DNA of 64,000 bases from Rhynchobatus australiae (taxonomy: Eukaryota). This document shows positions 1-12,789 of this stretch, piece after piece. The notes beneath the pieces are model-generated. The model saw nothing but the letters and a program-made list of their open reading frames with translations. It was not told the origin of the DNA and made no database searches. The DNA is taken from assembly GCA_034780895.1 (NCBI GenBank), contig JAUZTB010000001.1, positions 109,167,453 through 109,231,452 on the forward strand. The letters run 5' to 3'. A program made the translations under genes and the position numbers. Numbering within the stretch: position 1 is the first letter of the stretch; each line of letters opens with the position of its first letter.

Positions 1-94
1 ACTAACCCACCCTTCCACATCCTCATCCAAGTCATTTATAAAAATCACAAAGAGCAGGGGTCCCAGAACAGATCCCTTCAGAACACCACTGGTC
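1..94 (-). mobile_element. CR1 LINE reverse transcriptase fragment
   Basis: Minus strand translates as TSGVLKGSVLGPLLFVIFINDLDEDVEGWVS (CR1 GVPQGSVLGP..F.I.INDLD motif). Confidence 0.9.
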
Positions 95-3000
95 CACTAT
101 TTAAAGGGACATTCCAAATGCCCATTGATAGATTCTGGAGTTTATTGCTGGGCAGTTTTAGAATAGTAAATTGGTGCAAATGAGTCAACTGTCCTCAGAT
201 TTAGTGCTCCATCTGCGAAGACTTGTGAGATTTTACAGAGAGATAATTGGTCAGAATGTCTGACCACTGACTGGTGGCTACGTCTATAACTGTGCATGTT
301 TATCTCAGTTTCAGCAGAGGGCCAGTTTGGTGGGGCACTCACTGATTACTGAGTAGCTGACCTTCGCTCCATACATTGATCAAGCCAGTCCCTTGCCGTA
401 TTACCACATTCCCACAGGAGCTCAGCATATCATCATAATTTTCTGATCTTCCTATCTCTAGGATAGCTTCCATTCCTACCAGTCCAGTCAGTGCAGACAC
501 TTATCAATGTACTTGACAATGGAAAAGATGTGGAAATCATTGTCCTATCCTTTGGCAACTATTATTTGATCCTTTAATAATTACTATGATGCTTTCTGGT
601 AATTCCAGTTACATTGGATTCTACAACTGATTTTGGTTGCTTTAACCGTATGCTTGTACATACTGAAGCTATAAGCTGTACAGAGATTTTTATTAAAATA
701 AACCATCATTGTCATTTTCCTAGTTACTTAGAACCTCGTATTGTACATAACAACATGGAGAACAAATTTTCACAATGAACAATTTTAACTCTTCCTCCTT
801 CCTTAGTTGTAATAATAAGTTATTCAGAAGGAATAAATCTGGTCATGATGACTGCTGTTTATTACTGTGTATACTGTTATAGATAAATTTTTAACAATAA
901 ATAAACTCTATTGAATAAGGTCATATGACACACAGCCCAAGAAGATGAGAACATTGAAATGGGTGTATGCCATTCAAATGCTAAGGCCTCTACTACTATG
1001 CAATAAGATGACGACTGATCTGAGTCTTTATTCCATGTGCCTTTTCCCCATATCCCCATAAATATTTGATTAACAAGTACCTACTAATTTTAGATTTAAA
1101 ACTAATAATTGAACAAGTGTCAAGTAATATTTGTGGAAAAGTTCCAAATTTCTACTACAATCTTCTGTCCTAAAAGACCAGGACTCTCCAGTCGGTGAAA
1201 ATAGTTTCTATGCACCTCCTAATACCCTGAAAACTTCAATCAAGTCATTGCTTAATCAGTGAATGGTTTGGAGAATGAAAAATATCACTTACATGCACCT
1301 CATTTTTTATTAACTCAACCAGTGTGCGAGTACTCTAATCATGGACAACTAGACTTTCATTTATTTAAATATTTCTAAAAATAGAGCAAGACAGTGCATG
1401 ATAGGGGGTTAAATGAGATAGCAAAAGGAAGCATGTAAATTTTAATGGGAGTCAGGGTCAATATCAAGTTTCAATGACATATGCATGAAGTAATACTATC
1501 TTCAAAACAATCCCTAATATAGGTTTGATTTATACTGACACTGATTTGCAATATCTGAATTGGTTTAAATATTCAGAACTTCTGAGATAACATACCAGAT
1601 ACTAGGGGAGAGGCAGGGAAGCTACAGGAAGGGCCAAAAGTAACTGAATAACCAAAACATAACAAGACTAAGGATATAGAGCATTAAGTCAACAAAACAA
1701 GAAAAGGCGGCTAGATTGGGACTCTGTGATATTCATGTCTATTTTTCAGGTCTGTGTGCCTACCCCAGGGAAATGTAAATTGGGGAGACATATTTTGTCC
1801 TTTAGTGGGCACAAACAATTTCATTGCTGCCTCTTAGTGCCTTGGAACACGTTTGAGCATATGCCTTTGTACCTTTCATTTCTCCACACTGCAAGTCTCA
1901 TCCAAAAGCAGTTTGTATTAGTGAACAACCTTGTACCATAAAAGAAATCACAAGGTTTTTGAAGTGTCCTTTACTATATGCCGAGCTATGTGATTTAATT
2001 TTCTCTACTTTTGTTTTTTTTTTGCTGCTGTGGTTGCTGTTACAATGGCATTTGTGAAGGATAATCGATGATGCCTATGCCCTGCTTTAAATGCAGCTTA
2101 AGCTGACAGCAAGAGATGAAGGAACTGCTTGCATTGCAGTTATAATTACCTAGACATTAGCCAGCAAGATTGGCAGGTCAGATAACGTAGCCCAATATTT
2201 CTTGCTCAAAAGAGGAAGACGCTCACTAGTGAGTCCAAGAAAACTTGACTACAGAAGTGGGATGCAGGAGCATGCTTACACAATCTTGGATTCAGTGCCA
2301 AAGATCAGGAAAAGTGAGTACAACGGCACATTCCAAGTCCCTTACTTTTGTCCTCTTAACTCTATTCAAATACGTCACTACTCACAACAACTCATCTTGC
2401 AGGTATACTGATCCCTGTCTATACAACTGGTCAGTCCATCTTGTGCAGAAACTGCTGAGATTCAACCTGATCTTAATGTAGTGTTATGCCACTTCCTCAT
2501 AGTCATGGACAACAAATGTTCTTCATTCTTACATTCAACACATAGCATTACTTTCACTCACAGAACTCTTCTTTCCTTCTTGGCATGAGAAGAAATAGCA
2601 TAATATCAATGAATCAAAGATGATTCCCACCATTTTGCAATTAACTCGATGTGATGAAATGATCTATATGGATGGCATGCAAAACAAAGTTTTTCACTGT
2701 ATCTCAGTACATGTGATAATAACAAACAAATTTACCAATANNNNNNNNNNNNNNNNNNNNNNNNNNNNNNNNNNNNNNNNNNNNNNNNNNNNNNNNNNNN
2801 NNNNNNNNNNNNNNNNNNNNNNNNNNNNNNNNNNNNNNNNACATGTGATAATAACAAACAAATTTACCAATAGAGATAATCAACAGGTTGGAAGGCACAG
2901 ATTTTAGAGATAGGGCTCTCATGGCTTCTTGGCTAAATAATTTATTGTCACCAAGTCACATTCATTCAGCACTCATCCTTGTGAACTTGACATCAGCAGT

Positions 3001-4299
3001 AGGTGAAAAATGATAACATGCAAAATGATAACAAACATTCTTACTTCAACAATCTGATTCTCCGAGAGGGTTTTCACACAGCAAGACAATGATACTGGTT
3101 CCTCAGAGCAGATTTCTGAATCTGAGAGTGCTCCACCTACTTTCATAAATTCACAATTCGATAGGTCCAGTAAGATAGAAATGGTTTGCAACTTGTGATT
3201 TGCACTTCATAAGTCAGCAAGACCAGATGCTGAAGACAGGGAAAGCAACATAAAGTCTGTACTGGAAGGAACAGTACTGAATGCAGCAGAACACAGATGG
3301 TGGACCCCTGGGGCATCAATGAACAGGATGCTACTGGAGCAGCAGATAATGTTCTGGATGTTTTGGCAGATGTGGCTGTAACACTGTGCATGCTTGCAAA
3401 GATGTAAAAGGATATCATGAAGGTATGACTCTATAATGACGAATTCATCCTTGGAAAGTGTGGTCAGCTGCTGGGGCATCAAACAATGGAGTAAAATGAG
3501 AGTATGGAGGCCTACACTGGGACCTTTGTATCATGACAATCAAGGAAGCCACTTTGAAAAGGATACATCAAGCCCTAATCTTGCTTGACCATCCCTCCAA
3601 TGATCTGCAGTGAAAGTGCTCAGCAGCTCAATGTGAGCAGAGGGCCATGAAAGGGACGATGGTGAGAAGGGTGATGAAAGGAGGGGTTGCGATGAGAGAG
3701 GTGCTTCACTCCTCATTTGCAAAACCTGCTGCTGCACAGATTTGGAAGAAGTCTTTGGCAAAGGTCTCAGCGTTTAAAAATCCAAAAGTCATCAGCCAAT
3801 AGTATATCAGCAATCTCAACAGGGATGTGAACAGCCTGCCTGTACCTCTTCTGAGGCCACAGAAATTATAGGACTTCAAAGAAGATAACAGACAAAACTT
3901 CGCAGTGTTAGAAATACACCTGGATATTTAACACAATGTTTGAGTGTTGTATTTCTGTTATTTTGACAGAAAATCATTTAGTGACTATTTTCTAGTCCTA
4001 GACATTTTTTGATTACTTGCAAGTGACCCTCTAAAACGCAGAACACTGTCATAAGGGTTGACAATGGAACTGTTCAAAATATTCATAGTAGTTTGCAGGA
4101 CTAGCTTATGATGTAGGGAAGTGGCCGGTGATGCAGATTTGGCATTTGGATATCAAATGGGTGACTCATAGGGAAACAAGAGGTTATTCCAGATATCTCG
4201 GCTAGTGTTGTGAACGGCTTTTCTTGCATTGCCCACATAAATGTCCTCCTCCTTTTCATCATTCAAAAAAAGAGCTCTGTGTTCTCCAGATTGAACCTC

Positions 4300-4960
4300 C
4301 AATATTTTCTGCCCACGGTTCTGGAGACTGCATTACATCATAGCCATTCTGTGGGAGAGTAGATAGTGTTTACTGAAGGGCATCTGCACATCTGTGAGAA
4401 CACCATAGTGCATATTCAGCATGCCAATGGCTTGCTCATTAATATTCTTATATATCAAATAGGTTTCGATATACCATACATGGGCCTAAATAGTTATATT
4501 CCTCGAGAGTGACATAAGCCATATCTTAATTATGAACACCCCACCTCATCCCCAGGAAACCATGCCAGCCTGGAGGAGTGATCAGGAAGGTGGACTATCA
4601 CAGAACAAGACATAATGCCAGNNNNNNNNNNNNNNNNNNNNNNNNNNNNNNNNNNNNNNNNNNNNNNNNNNNNNNNNNNNNNNNNNNNNNNNNNNNNNNN
4701 NNNNNNNNNNNNNNNNNNNNNAGAACAAGACATAATGCCAGCTGCACAGAAATCTTGATGACCTTTTTGTGGCTGCATTCTCTCTGCGTTTTGACAGAGT
4801 GGAAGCCCATGCATTTCACCAGCTCTTCTGGGTGACCTGGGGACACATTGATCGCCACATCTACACTGACACCCTCCATTTGTAGGAAGACAACCAGAGC
4901 TGCAGCTCCAGAACCTGCCCATCACTGTCAATGGCAGGTCAGTTATGTGTAAAGACGAGC
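4300..4960 (-). mobile_element. Decayed PIF/Harbinger (HARBI1-like) transposase
   Basis: Collinear degenerate motifs across frameshifts: DVAINVSP...KCMGFHSVKTQRECSH, AWFPGD, IWLMSLSRN, NINEQAIGMLNMHY (cf. RKGFHSINVQ.VCDH, WLLGD.GY, WLMTP, IEQAIGMLKMRF). Confidence 0.75.
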
Positions 4961-5670
4961 AATCCAAGGGTGCAACAATTGATTTGAAGATGCGAGTTTG
5001 TCCCTCCATTTCAGTTGGGGAATTTAAATCCAATAAGTCAAATTAATCTAATTGGAACATACTTTCAATAATAGTGAGTAGGAGACTGCAAAATTGTTCT
5101 AAAAATGTCTGGTTAGCAAAGCCATAGCATTCTTATCTGGTTTAGAATGTATTCAACTCCGGACCCACAGCAAAATGCTAACTCGGCTACTATCTGAAGT
5201 GGCTTAGCAAACCACTCAGTTGTGCCAATCAGTTAATGTAAAGTAGGTTCACCCAGAAAAAAAACACTATCTGACAAGTAGATCCTGCAAAGATTTCCTC
5301 ACTCACAAGTGAGAACTTGTGCCAAAAGTGGGATGATTTTCCACCTAGTAGTCTAGTAAAAGCTGATTTAATCATGACCTCACCTTTGTTTCAACCAGTG
5401 TCCCTGCCTTCTCCATCAGCCTCCCTTACTAGGTCCTGTCCCACTAGCAAGACAGACCCACCAGACTTGGCAGCACAGGTGCACTGGGAGTTATTTGGAC
5501 AGGCCTGGACTCTGTACACATGATATTGGAACTTTCTATTTGTTAGTTAATTATCTAGCACCATGCATGACTAGATCATAAAACGTTGATGTGATTTGAG
5601 GCTCCACTTCATTTACTATGGTGGAACCCAATATGCCAGTGCAAAAAAAACCAATGTTTACAACTATTTT

Positions 5671-5856
5671 AACATAAGAACATAAGAAATAGGAGCAGAA
5701 GTAGGCCATCTGGCCTGTCGAGCCTGCTCCGCTATTCAGTAAGATCATGGCTGATCTGGCTGTGGACTCAGCTCCAACTACCTGCCTTTTCCCCATAACC
5801 CTTGGTTCCCCTACTGTGCAAAAATCTATCTGTGTCTTAAATATATTTAATGAGGT
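5671..5856 (-). mobile_element. CR1 LINE 3' end, interrupted by the insertion at 5857
   Basis: aacataagaacataagaaataggagcagaagtaggccat is a typical CR1 3' tail read in reverse; the CR1 sequence resumes after 6267 (gaggtagcctctact). Confidence 0.8.
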
Positions 5857-6267
5857 TGTCACAATGTTGATCAAGAGCAAGCTCACAGAGAACCCAAATG
5901 CAGCACACTGACACAAGACTGGAGTCAGGATACTTCCTCAGGATAAACACAGGCAGCAACTGGAAGGAATCTTGCCTCAGAGATCTAAAGAGGAATCCCA
6001 ACACAAANNNNNNNNNNNNNNNNNNNNNNNNNNNNNNNNNNNNNNNNNNNNNNNNNNNNNNNNNNNNNNNNNNNNNNNNNNNNNNNNNNNNNNNNNNNNN
6101 NNNNNNNAAGATCCAGTTCATGTTGGGATTCCTCTTTAGATCTCTGAGGCAAGATTCCTTCCAGTTGCTGCCTGTGTTTGTCCTAAGGAAGTATCCTGAA
6201 TCCAGTCTTGTATTGGTGTGCTATATTTGGGTTCTCTGTGAGCTTGCCCTTGATCAACATTGTGACA
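5857..6267. mobile_element. Fold-back/MITE-like element with ~150-bp inverted arms, TGT...ACA ends and 5-bp TSD GAGGT
   Basis: 5857-6004 is the reverse complement of about 6120-6267 with roughly 9 mismatches; GAGGT at 5852-5856 and 6268-6272; the centre is an N gap. Confidence 0.88.
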
Positions 6268-7112
6268 GAGGTAGCCTCTACTCTTTTCCTACATAAATCC
6301 TCTGGCTACACAAGCAGGTCAGAGTCTGGGTAATCTGTTGCAAATGATTCCTCTCCCCTCCTTACTCTTTCAAATCTTTTCTGCCATTTATAAAGCACAA
6401 GTAAAGAATAAAGTGGAATAATATGTTTGCCTGCCTATAACTCCAATGATACATATCAACTCTATCCAGAATGTAGTAACCCATCTGAATGATACCCCTT
6501 CCTCCCTTCAGTCCCTGCCAACCATATACCATCTATATGATACAAAGCAGAAACTCATCAAGGCTCCCTTGATAACCAGACAGGATGACATATGGAGACA
6601 TCACCTATTCCAAGGACTCCTCCAAGTCAAGCTGGCAATTGGGTGTGTCATTCATGTGCCTTGCTTCAGGCAGGAAAACTTCCAGTAAAACTTGAGGTTG
6701 AACTTCAAAACTCTCGATAATATTGCACATAATAAGTTGTTAACTTGTTAAATTTGTTAACTAGCAGCATCGAGGGGTGGCTGCTTGCATGTAATAATCC
6801 ATGCTCATGTCAAATTTGGAAGTTATTCTGGCATTTTTTTATGCATTTATCTTCCAATCCAAATCCACACAGAGGAGAGTGCGGGATCCAGGTGAGTAGG
6901 AAGGGAGCAGACAGCAGACAATCAAAGTTTTACTGCACGTCTTGAAAACCACTATGAAACCAGTTGCAACAAGCCAAATGATTCATATGATTGGATTACA
7001 TTATATTTCCAATGCATTGATTCAGGTAAAAAAAACCATTAAACCAGGTCTTTAGATTATATTTTCTTAACACGATGGTATAATATTTAAAAATAAATGA
7101 TACAATGTTCAC

Positions 7113-7370
7113 CTTTGACTTCTGTTCTTTCTGCTGCAATGACTGTGTGGTAGCCATGTTTCTCTGATTTCTATAACCCTCTTCGAATTGCTTCCGCACT
7201 GATCTTGCTGTGCTTATGGATCTGTCTGTCGTTGACTCTGGTTTATTTTGCGTTTTATCCTTTACATCTTTGTTAAATTTGATAGCCTTGACGTCATATC
7301 CTTTTCTTGTAAAATTCAGTTCCTGTTGTTTTGATTTACTTTGAAGATAATTCTTCCTTGCAATTTCACC
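7113..7370 (-). CDS. KIAA0586: TALPID3 internal coding exon (258 bp, phase 0 to 0)
   Basis: Acceptor cacttag|GGT and donor AAG|gtgaac. 86 open codons GEIARKNYLQSKSKQQELNFTRKGYDVKAIKFNKDVKDK...VRKQFEEGYRNQRNMATTQSLQQKEQKSK, resembling recalled human DELSRTDYEQK...QKQIEEHFRN...SSLQKERKE. The donor position is less certain. Confidence 0.85.
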
Positions 7371-8829
7371 CTAAGTGAGAAATTGAATATTTCTGCATAA
7401 GAGCTGGTGTATTTTTGGAATAAATGTTAGGACAGAAAAATGATAAGTATTTCAATTTTATTTCTGATATGCATTTTCCACTTTTTATGAATCATTATTT
7501 ATTGGTCACCCAAGGCTATACTCAAGCAAGTACTGTTGGAGCAGAGAGGTGGGATTATACTCAACTTCTTCATTCTCCATCTTCAAGGCATTTTATTAGT
7601 ACACAAACCTGTTGAAATTTAGGATGGGGAAATCCCTTCATGACAATCATAAAAACAGCCATAAAGACTGATCAGCAAAAAATTGTATATCGCAATTACA
7701 TATGGTTCTGTATATGTACCATCAAGTTTATTCTTACTGAGAGATATTTGTTCCATGAAATTGAAGGAATGATTCAAAAGTCTTCTGGGTTTCTGCCCAA
7801 ATAAAACAGTTCAGAATTCACTAAAGCATCCATTGGACTGCCCATTAGTTTGTCAAGTCCATGCACAATCAGAAATACAGAACCATTATGATTAAATTGC
7901 TCAATGTGACAATGTAACATATGACTAAGCATTTATCCAGTGGAAACAGTGTATAGTTCTAATGGCTGTAAAAGCAAATAACCCAAAGAAATATTCTTAA
8001 AAAAGACTAGAAAGATTAAAAATAGCACCCCAGCCAAAGCCAAATCAATTGTGCCATAAGAAGTTTACTTATCTTGCAGTATATTACTAACATCAGCAAA
8101 AGTACAATTTTCTCTGCAGAAAATATATTTGGAAAAAAATAAATAGTAGTATATCANNNNNNNNNNNNNNNNNNNNNNNNNNNNNNNNNNNNNNNNNNNN
8201 NNNNNNNNNNNNNNNNNNNNNNNNNNNNNNNNNNNNNNNNNNNNNNNNNNNNNNNNATATCAATGTTAACATCTAATTAAAATTAGCTTCAATTAAGAAT
8301 TAGTGAGAACCTAACATCAGAATTCCCAATAACAGGTAGTCATAGAAAGATCCAAAAGCAAACGAGTTCATGAACACTAGTAACATAAACCAGAAGATAA
8401 ATATGATATTTTAAGAGATACACAGCATGGCCCAATTCTTGAAAATGAAACTCCAGATTAATATTTTACTTCTATGCTACACTACAACAAAAATATTTGT
8501 TTTAACAAATACAAATAAATGTGTTTTAAGTTCTTAACAAAGCCTTGAATTTTTTTTGAGTTAGTCTATAATTACTAATTGAGTGATGCACTGATCCTAG
8601 CCTTGAGCCTTGGAAGTGTTTGTAATCAATAGTAAGTGTCTGAAAAGTATAACTACACATTATGGTGCTCCAGAGATCTCTCTGCCAAGAAGAAAATGAG
8701 AAACTGTCTGACCTACAGTGACTACACTCCAAAAACAAAGTTGCCCAAAACACAGATCAGAATCACGTTTATTATCACTGACTTGTATGTGGAGAGATTT
8801 GTTGTTTTGTGGCACTTTGCATTATTANN

Positions 8830-9350
8830 NNCTTAGTTGCTGAGCTTCAAGGCATCATTGATTTGTTCACCAAAGCAGAAAAGAGGATGGGCCTTATACT
8901 TAACATGGTAGGTTAATTGGCCACTATAAATTGCTCCAAGTGTGGAAGTAAATGGTTGAATCCAGGGGTAGTTAATGTGAAGGTGGGGAGAATAAAATGG
9001 GGTTGGTGTAGAATTAGTGTAAATGGGTGCCTTATGGTCAGTGTGAAAGATTCTTTACCAACAATGTTGCCCTTGAATAATAAAGGTTTACAGCTGGACC
9101 CTGGACCAGTTCCCATGCCTTAGAAAGCACACATCAAAGATGAAAATTCACCATTGCCTTCAGTGGATCACCAGGCTATGTTTGGGATGCACACAAAAAC
9201 CCTGAGGAAGCAGCAGAAGAGTGTCACTGCACAAACTGACCACCAGCCCACCCCTTCACACACCTCTTGCCCCATATGCGGAAGAGACTGCGTTTCCCAC
9301 ATTGGTCTCATTGGCCATGCCAGAAGCCACAAACTGGGGTGGAAATAAAT
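8830..9350 (+). mobile_element. RTE-clade LINE fragments with an inserted SINE remnant (~8910-9040)
   Basis: AELQGIIDLFTKA-like RT segment; C-terminal CPICGRDCVSHIGLIGHARSH C2H2-like finger typical of RTE ORF ends. Confidence 0.65.
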
Positions 9351-9639
9351 CATCCTTAATCCCAGAGGTTGCCCTCAAGAGGGGACACCAAGTCCAGAAG
9401 CAAGTCTTATAGATTTGTGCCGGAGAAAAGGGGTTTTGGTGTACAGACCACCAAACAAGTTAATGTGAAGAGGATCCATGAATATTTAAGAACAGTTAAA
9501 AGGTTTTAGGATGGATGTCATGGGGAACAGCTCATGCCCTTGAGTTCAAAAATCACTCAATTAGTTTACGACAGTGTTTAACGGAGACTCCCTTTGTAAT
9601 GGAAGAAGTCTTAGAGAAGCTTGTGTATGGGCGACTGAT

Positions 9640-11092
9640 GTTTTTTTTGAAGAGGTAACTAAGAAGGTGATGAAGGTAGAGAAAGAGAAATGGTTTACAT
9701 GAACTGTAGACAGGCTTTTAACAAAGTCCCATGTGGTAGAATGGTCCAGAAGGTTAAGGCACAAAGGATCCAAGCATGCTGACAAAATGGATCTAAAATT
9801 GGCTTGGTGCTAGGAGGCAGAGGGTAGTGATGGATGTTTTTTTTTAAATGACTGGAGGTCTGTAACAAGTAGTATACCACAGGGATAGGTGCTGGGACCT
9901 TTATTATATATATTNNNNNNNNNNNNNNNNNNNNNNNNNNNNNNNNNNNNNNNNNNNNNNNNNNNNNNNNNNNNNNNNNNNNNNNNNNNNNNNNNNNNNN
10001 NNNNNNNNNNNNNNNNNNNNNNNNNNNNNNNNNNNNNNNNNNNNNNNNNNNNNNNNNNNNNNNNNNNNNNNNNNNNNNNNNNNNNNNNNNNNNNNNNNNN
10101 NNNNNNNNNNNNNNNNNNNNNNNNNNNNNNNNNNNNNNNNNNNNNNNNNNNNNNNNNNNNNNNNNNNNNNNNNNNNNNNNNNNNNNNNNNNNNNNNNNNN
10201 NNNNNNNNNNNNNNNNNNNNNNNNNNNNNNNNNNNNNNNNNNNNNNNNNNNNNNNNNNNNNNNNNNNNNNNNNNNNNNNNNNNNNNNNNNNNNNNNNNNN
10301 NNNNNNNNNNNNNNNNNNNNNNNNNNNNNNNNNNNNNNNNNNNNNNNNNNNNNNNNNNNNNNNNNNNNNNNNNNNNNNNNNNNNNNNNNNNNNNNNNNNN
10401 NNNNNNNNNNNNNNNNNNNNNNNNNNNNNNNNNNNNNNNNNNNNNNNNNNNNNNNNNNNNNNNNNNNNNNNNNNNNNNNNNNNNNNNNNNNNNNATGAAA
10501 AAGATATTTGTCATGCTTGCCTTCATAGAGTGAGGCATAGAGTATAAGAGTTGGGACGTCATGTTGCAACTGTACAAAATATTGGTTGGACTGCACTTTG
10601 TGTGTTGTGTACAGTTCTGGTTGCCACACTGCAGCAAGGATGTGATAAGAACAGAGAGAGAGTGCAGAAGAGATTCACCAGGATGTTTCCAGGAATGGAG
10701 GGCTGAAGTTATAAGGAGAAATTGTACTGGCTGGGTTTATTCTCGCTGGGATGTCAGAGGCTGAAGGGTGACCTTATAGAGATTTATAAAATTATGAGGA
10801 GCATTGATAGGATAGATCGTCAGAATCTTTTTCCCAGGACAGGGGAGTTCAGAACTAGAGGGTTCATGTTTAAGGTGGTTATCTGTAACAAGCTGCCGGA
10901 GAAGATGGTGGAAGCAGATGTAATTACAAGATTTTAAGGGCCATTGGACAGATGCTTGAATAGGAAAGGCTTAAAGGAATAAGGGCATAATACAAGCAAA
11001 TGAGATTAGCGTAGAAAAACATCACGGTCTGTGTGGATAAAGTGGGCTGAAGGGGCCTGTTTCTGTGCTATAAGTTTCTATAATTCTATATA
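9640..11092 (+). mobile_element. 5'-truncated CR1 LINE (RT to 3' UTR) with internal N gap
   Basis: SSIPQG.VLGPLL, MLQLYKILVGLHFVCCVQFWLPH and RLKGDLIEIYKIMRSIDR motifs; ends in a ttctata-type tail. Confidence 0.9.
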
Positions 11093-12254
11093 ACAGAGTA
11101 TTTTGATTAAACCTATCCTTTTACTGAGCACACTATTCTCATTTGTCTACTTAAGCTGAAAATGTATTACAGGGTGATATAATCATCTCAAGGAATCTGA
11201 ATTCTGTTTCTGGTGCAAGAAAAAAGGAAACCAATTCTGTTGGATCCAAAACCCAGTGATCCACAGTGGTGTTTACCAAGTAGCTGTGAATTTCTGTCAT
11301 AAGAGATGCAATACAAACATCAAGCTGGCAATTCACCCAGCTAATCATTAACATGGTCTAGATCCTCAAAGGAATTCATAGCAGAATCTTTTGGTGAGGT
11401 TAGTCATAAAACTGAAGGTGCACTCTGGTTTATGACATCCAGGAAGCTTGAGCTCAGCTGTATCAAAGGCTGGAACTAAACTGATCTGAGCTTGTCACAG
11501 CGTGTCAATTAAAGTTAGGCAAGTTCAGAAAAAGGACGTATATCTTTTTGTCTTCATCAGAACACATTGTTACTAAAAATTCCAACAACAGCTGTTTCAA
11601 AAAAAATCCATAAAAATGTAACTGCAACACTCAACTGCAGTCTTTTACTGAACAAACAGCCACGACAATCTGCAGAACACATTGAAAACCTATCAATTCA
11701 GGTAATGCACTGTTGCTTCCAGGTGCTTTCTGACATTTTGAAGTCTGCTCCATGAAATTCAATCACGCTAGAAAATATATTCTAAGGTAGTGACATTTTA
11801 GAGATCTGCGCCAATGTCTTAATGCAGATACAATCGGAATGAAGTTACACTTATACATATTAAAGGAGAGGTAATCACAGATATGTCATTACATAGTTTT
11901 GGGAGAACTCACTTCAGCATTGCTGAACCAAACATGGGGCTGGGAACTCCAATTCTCAGTCACAACATTAGAAATCCCAGATGAAATTGAGAGGTGTGAG
12001 ATTTGCCTAGGAAGTCATTGAGATCAAGATCTAGAGGTGGCTAATGGGAGCCTAGGACCTTGATGCAGTGACCTCACAGGCTGTCGATATGTACACTGGC
12101 TTTGACAAAGTCCATCCACCAGCAATTACGTCAATACTCTTTCGCACTGCTCCATGCAACACACTTCCCACACTCATCCAACAACAATTTCCAGCATTCC
12201 TACCAATAGCCATGTACCACGTCACACACACACACACAACACATTCGCCACTTC

Positions 12255-12625
12255 AGAGAGACAAGAGACTACAGATGCTGGAATCTGGAGCAAAATAAAA
12301 CTGCTGGAGGTACTCAGGGGGGGGTCAAGCAGCATCTGTGGAGGCAAAGAGATAGTCGGCGTTTCAGGTTGCAACCCTGCATCAGGTCTGAGAATAACCA
12401 ATAGAAAGAGTTGAGAGGGAAGGGCTGGTAGGTAATAGGTGGAACCAGGTGACGTGGGGGATGATGGCAGATGGACCCAGGTGGGAGAGGGGAGTTACGA
12501 GACAGAGGCTGGTGGGTGATGAGTGGAAACAGATAAGGAAAAAAAAACAAAAAAACAACAGGCAGATGGAGCCAAGTAGGTGGAGGGGAGGGATAAGGTA
12601 GAGACAGAGCCTAGAAGGTGATGTT
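12255..12625 (-). mobile_element. Penelope-like element terminal repeat (pLTR) fragment
   Basis: acaagagactacagatgctggaatctggagcaa terminus shared with the GIY-YIG-bearing copies at 12790 and 42860. Confidence 0.7.
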
Positions 12626-12789
12626 TGTTTTTAGCTACATTCACCACTTCCACACCCACATATTTATCTCATGGCTAACATATACTCAATCATATCAGGT
12701 AAAACAAATGGAGACATACAATGTATTCTGTAACATTATTTCATTCTCTTAAGCAGAACTGGAAAGGCATCTAGCTAAAGATGAAACAC

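Noticed and set aside
2709-2872. Direct repeats on both sides of N gaps (also ~4601/4722, 13114/13542, 27587/27714, 50776/50906)
   Set aside because: Identical sequence abutting each side of gaps that are mostly a fixed 100 N indicates unmerged contig overlaps, not biological repeats.
7320-7345. Apparent frameshift in the 258-bp exon
   Set aside because: Recounting the T-run (4 T) shows the frame is intact: AGT AAA TCA AAA CAA CAG.
9810-10637. Long ORFs in the track (275, 241, 214 aa and similar at 13013 and 28869)
   Set aside because: They consist mostly of X residues from N gaps.
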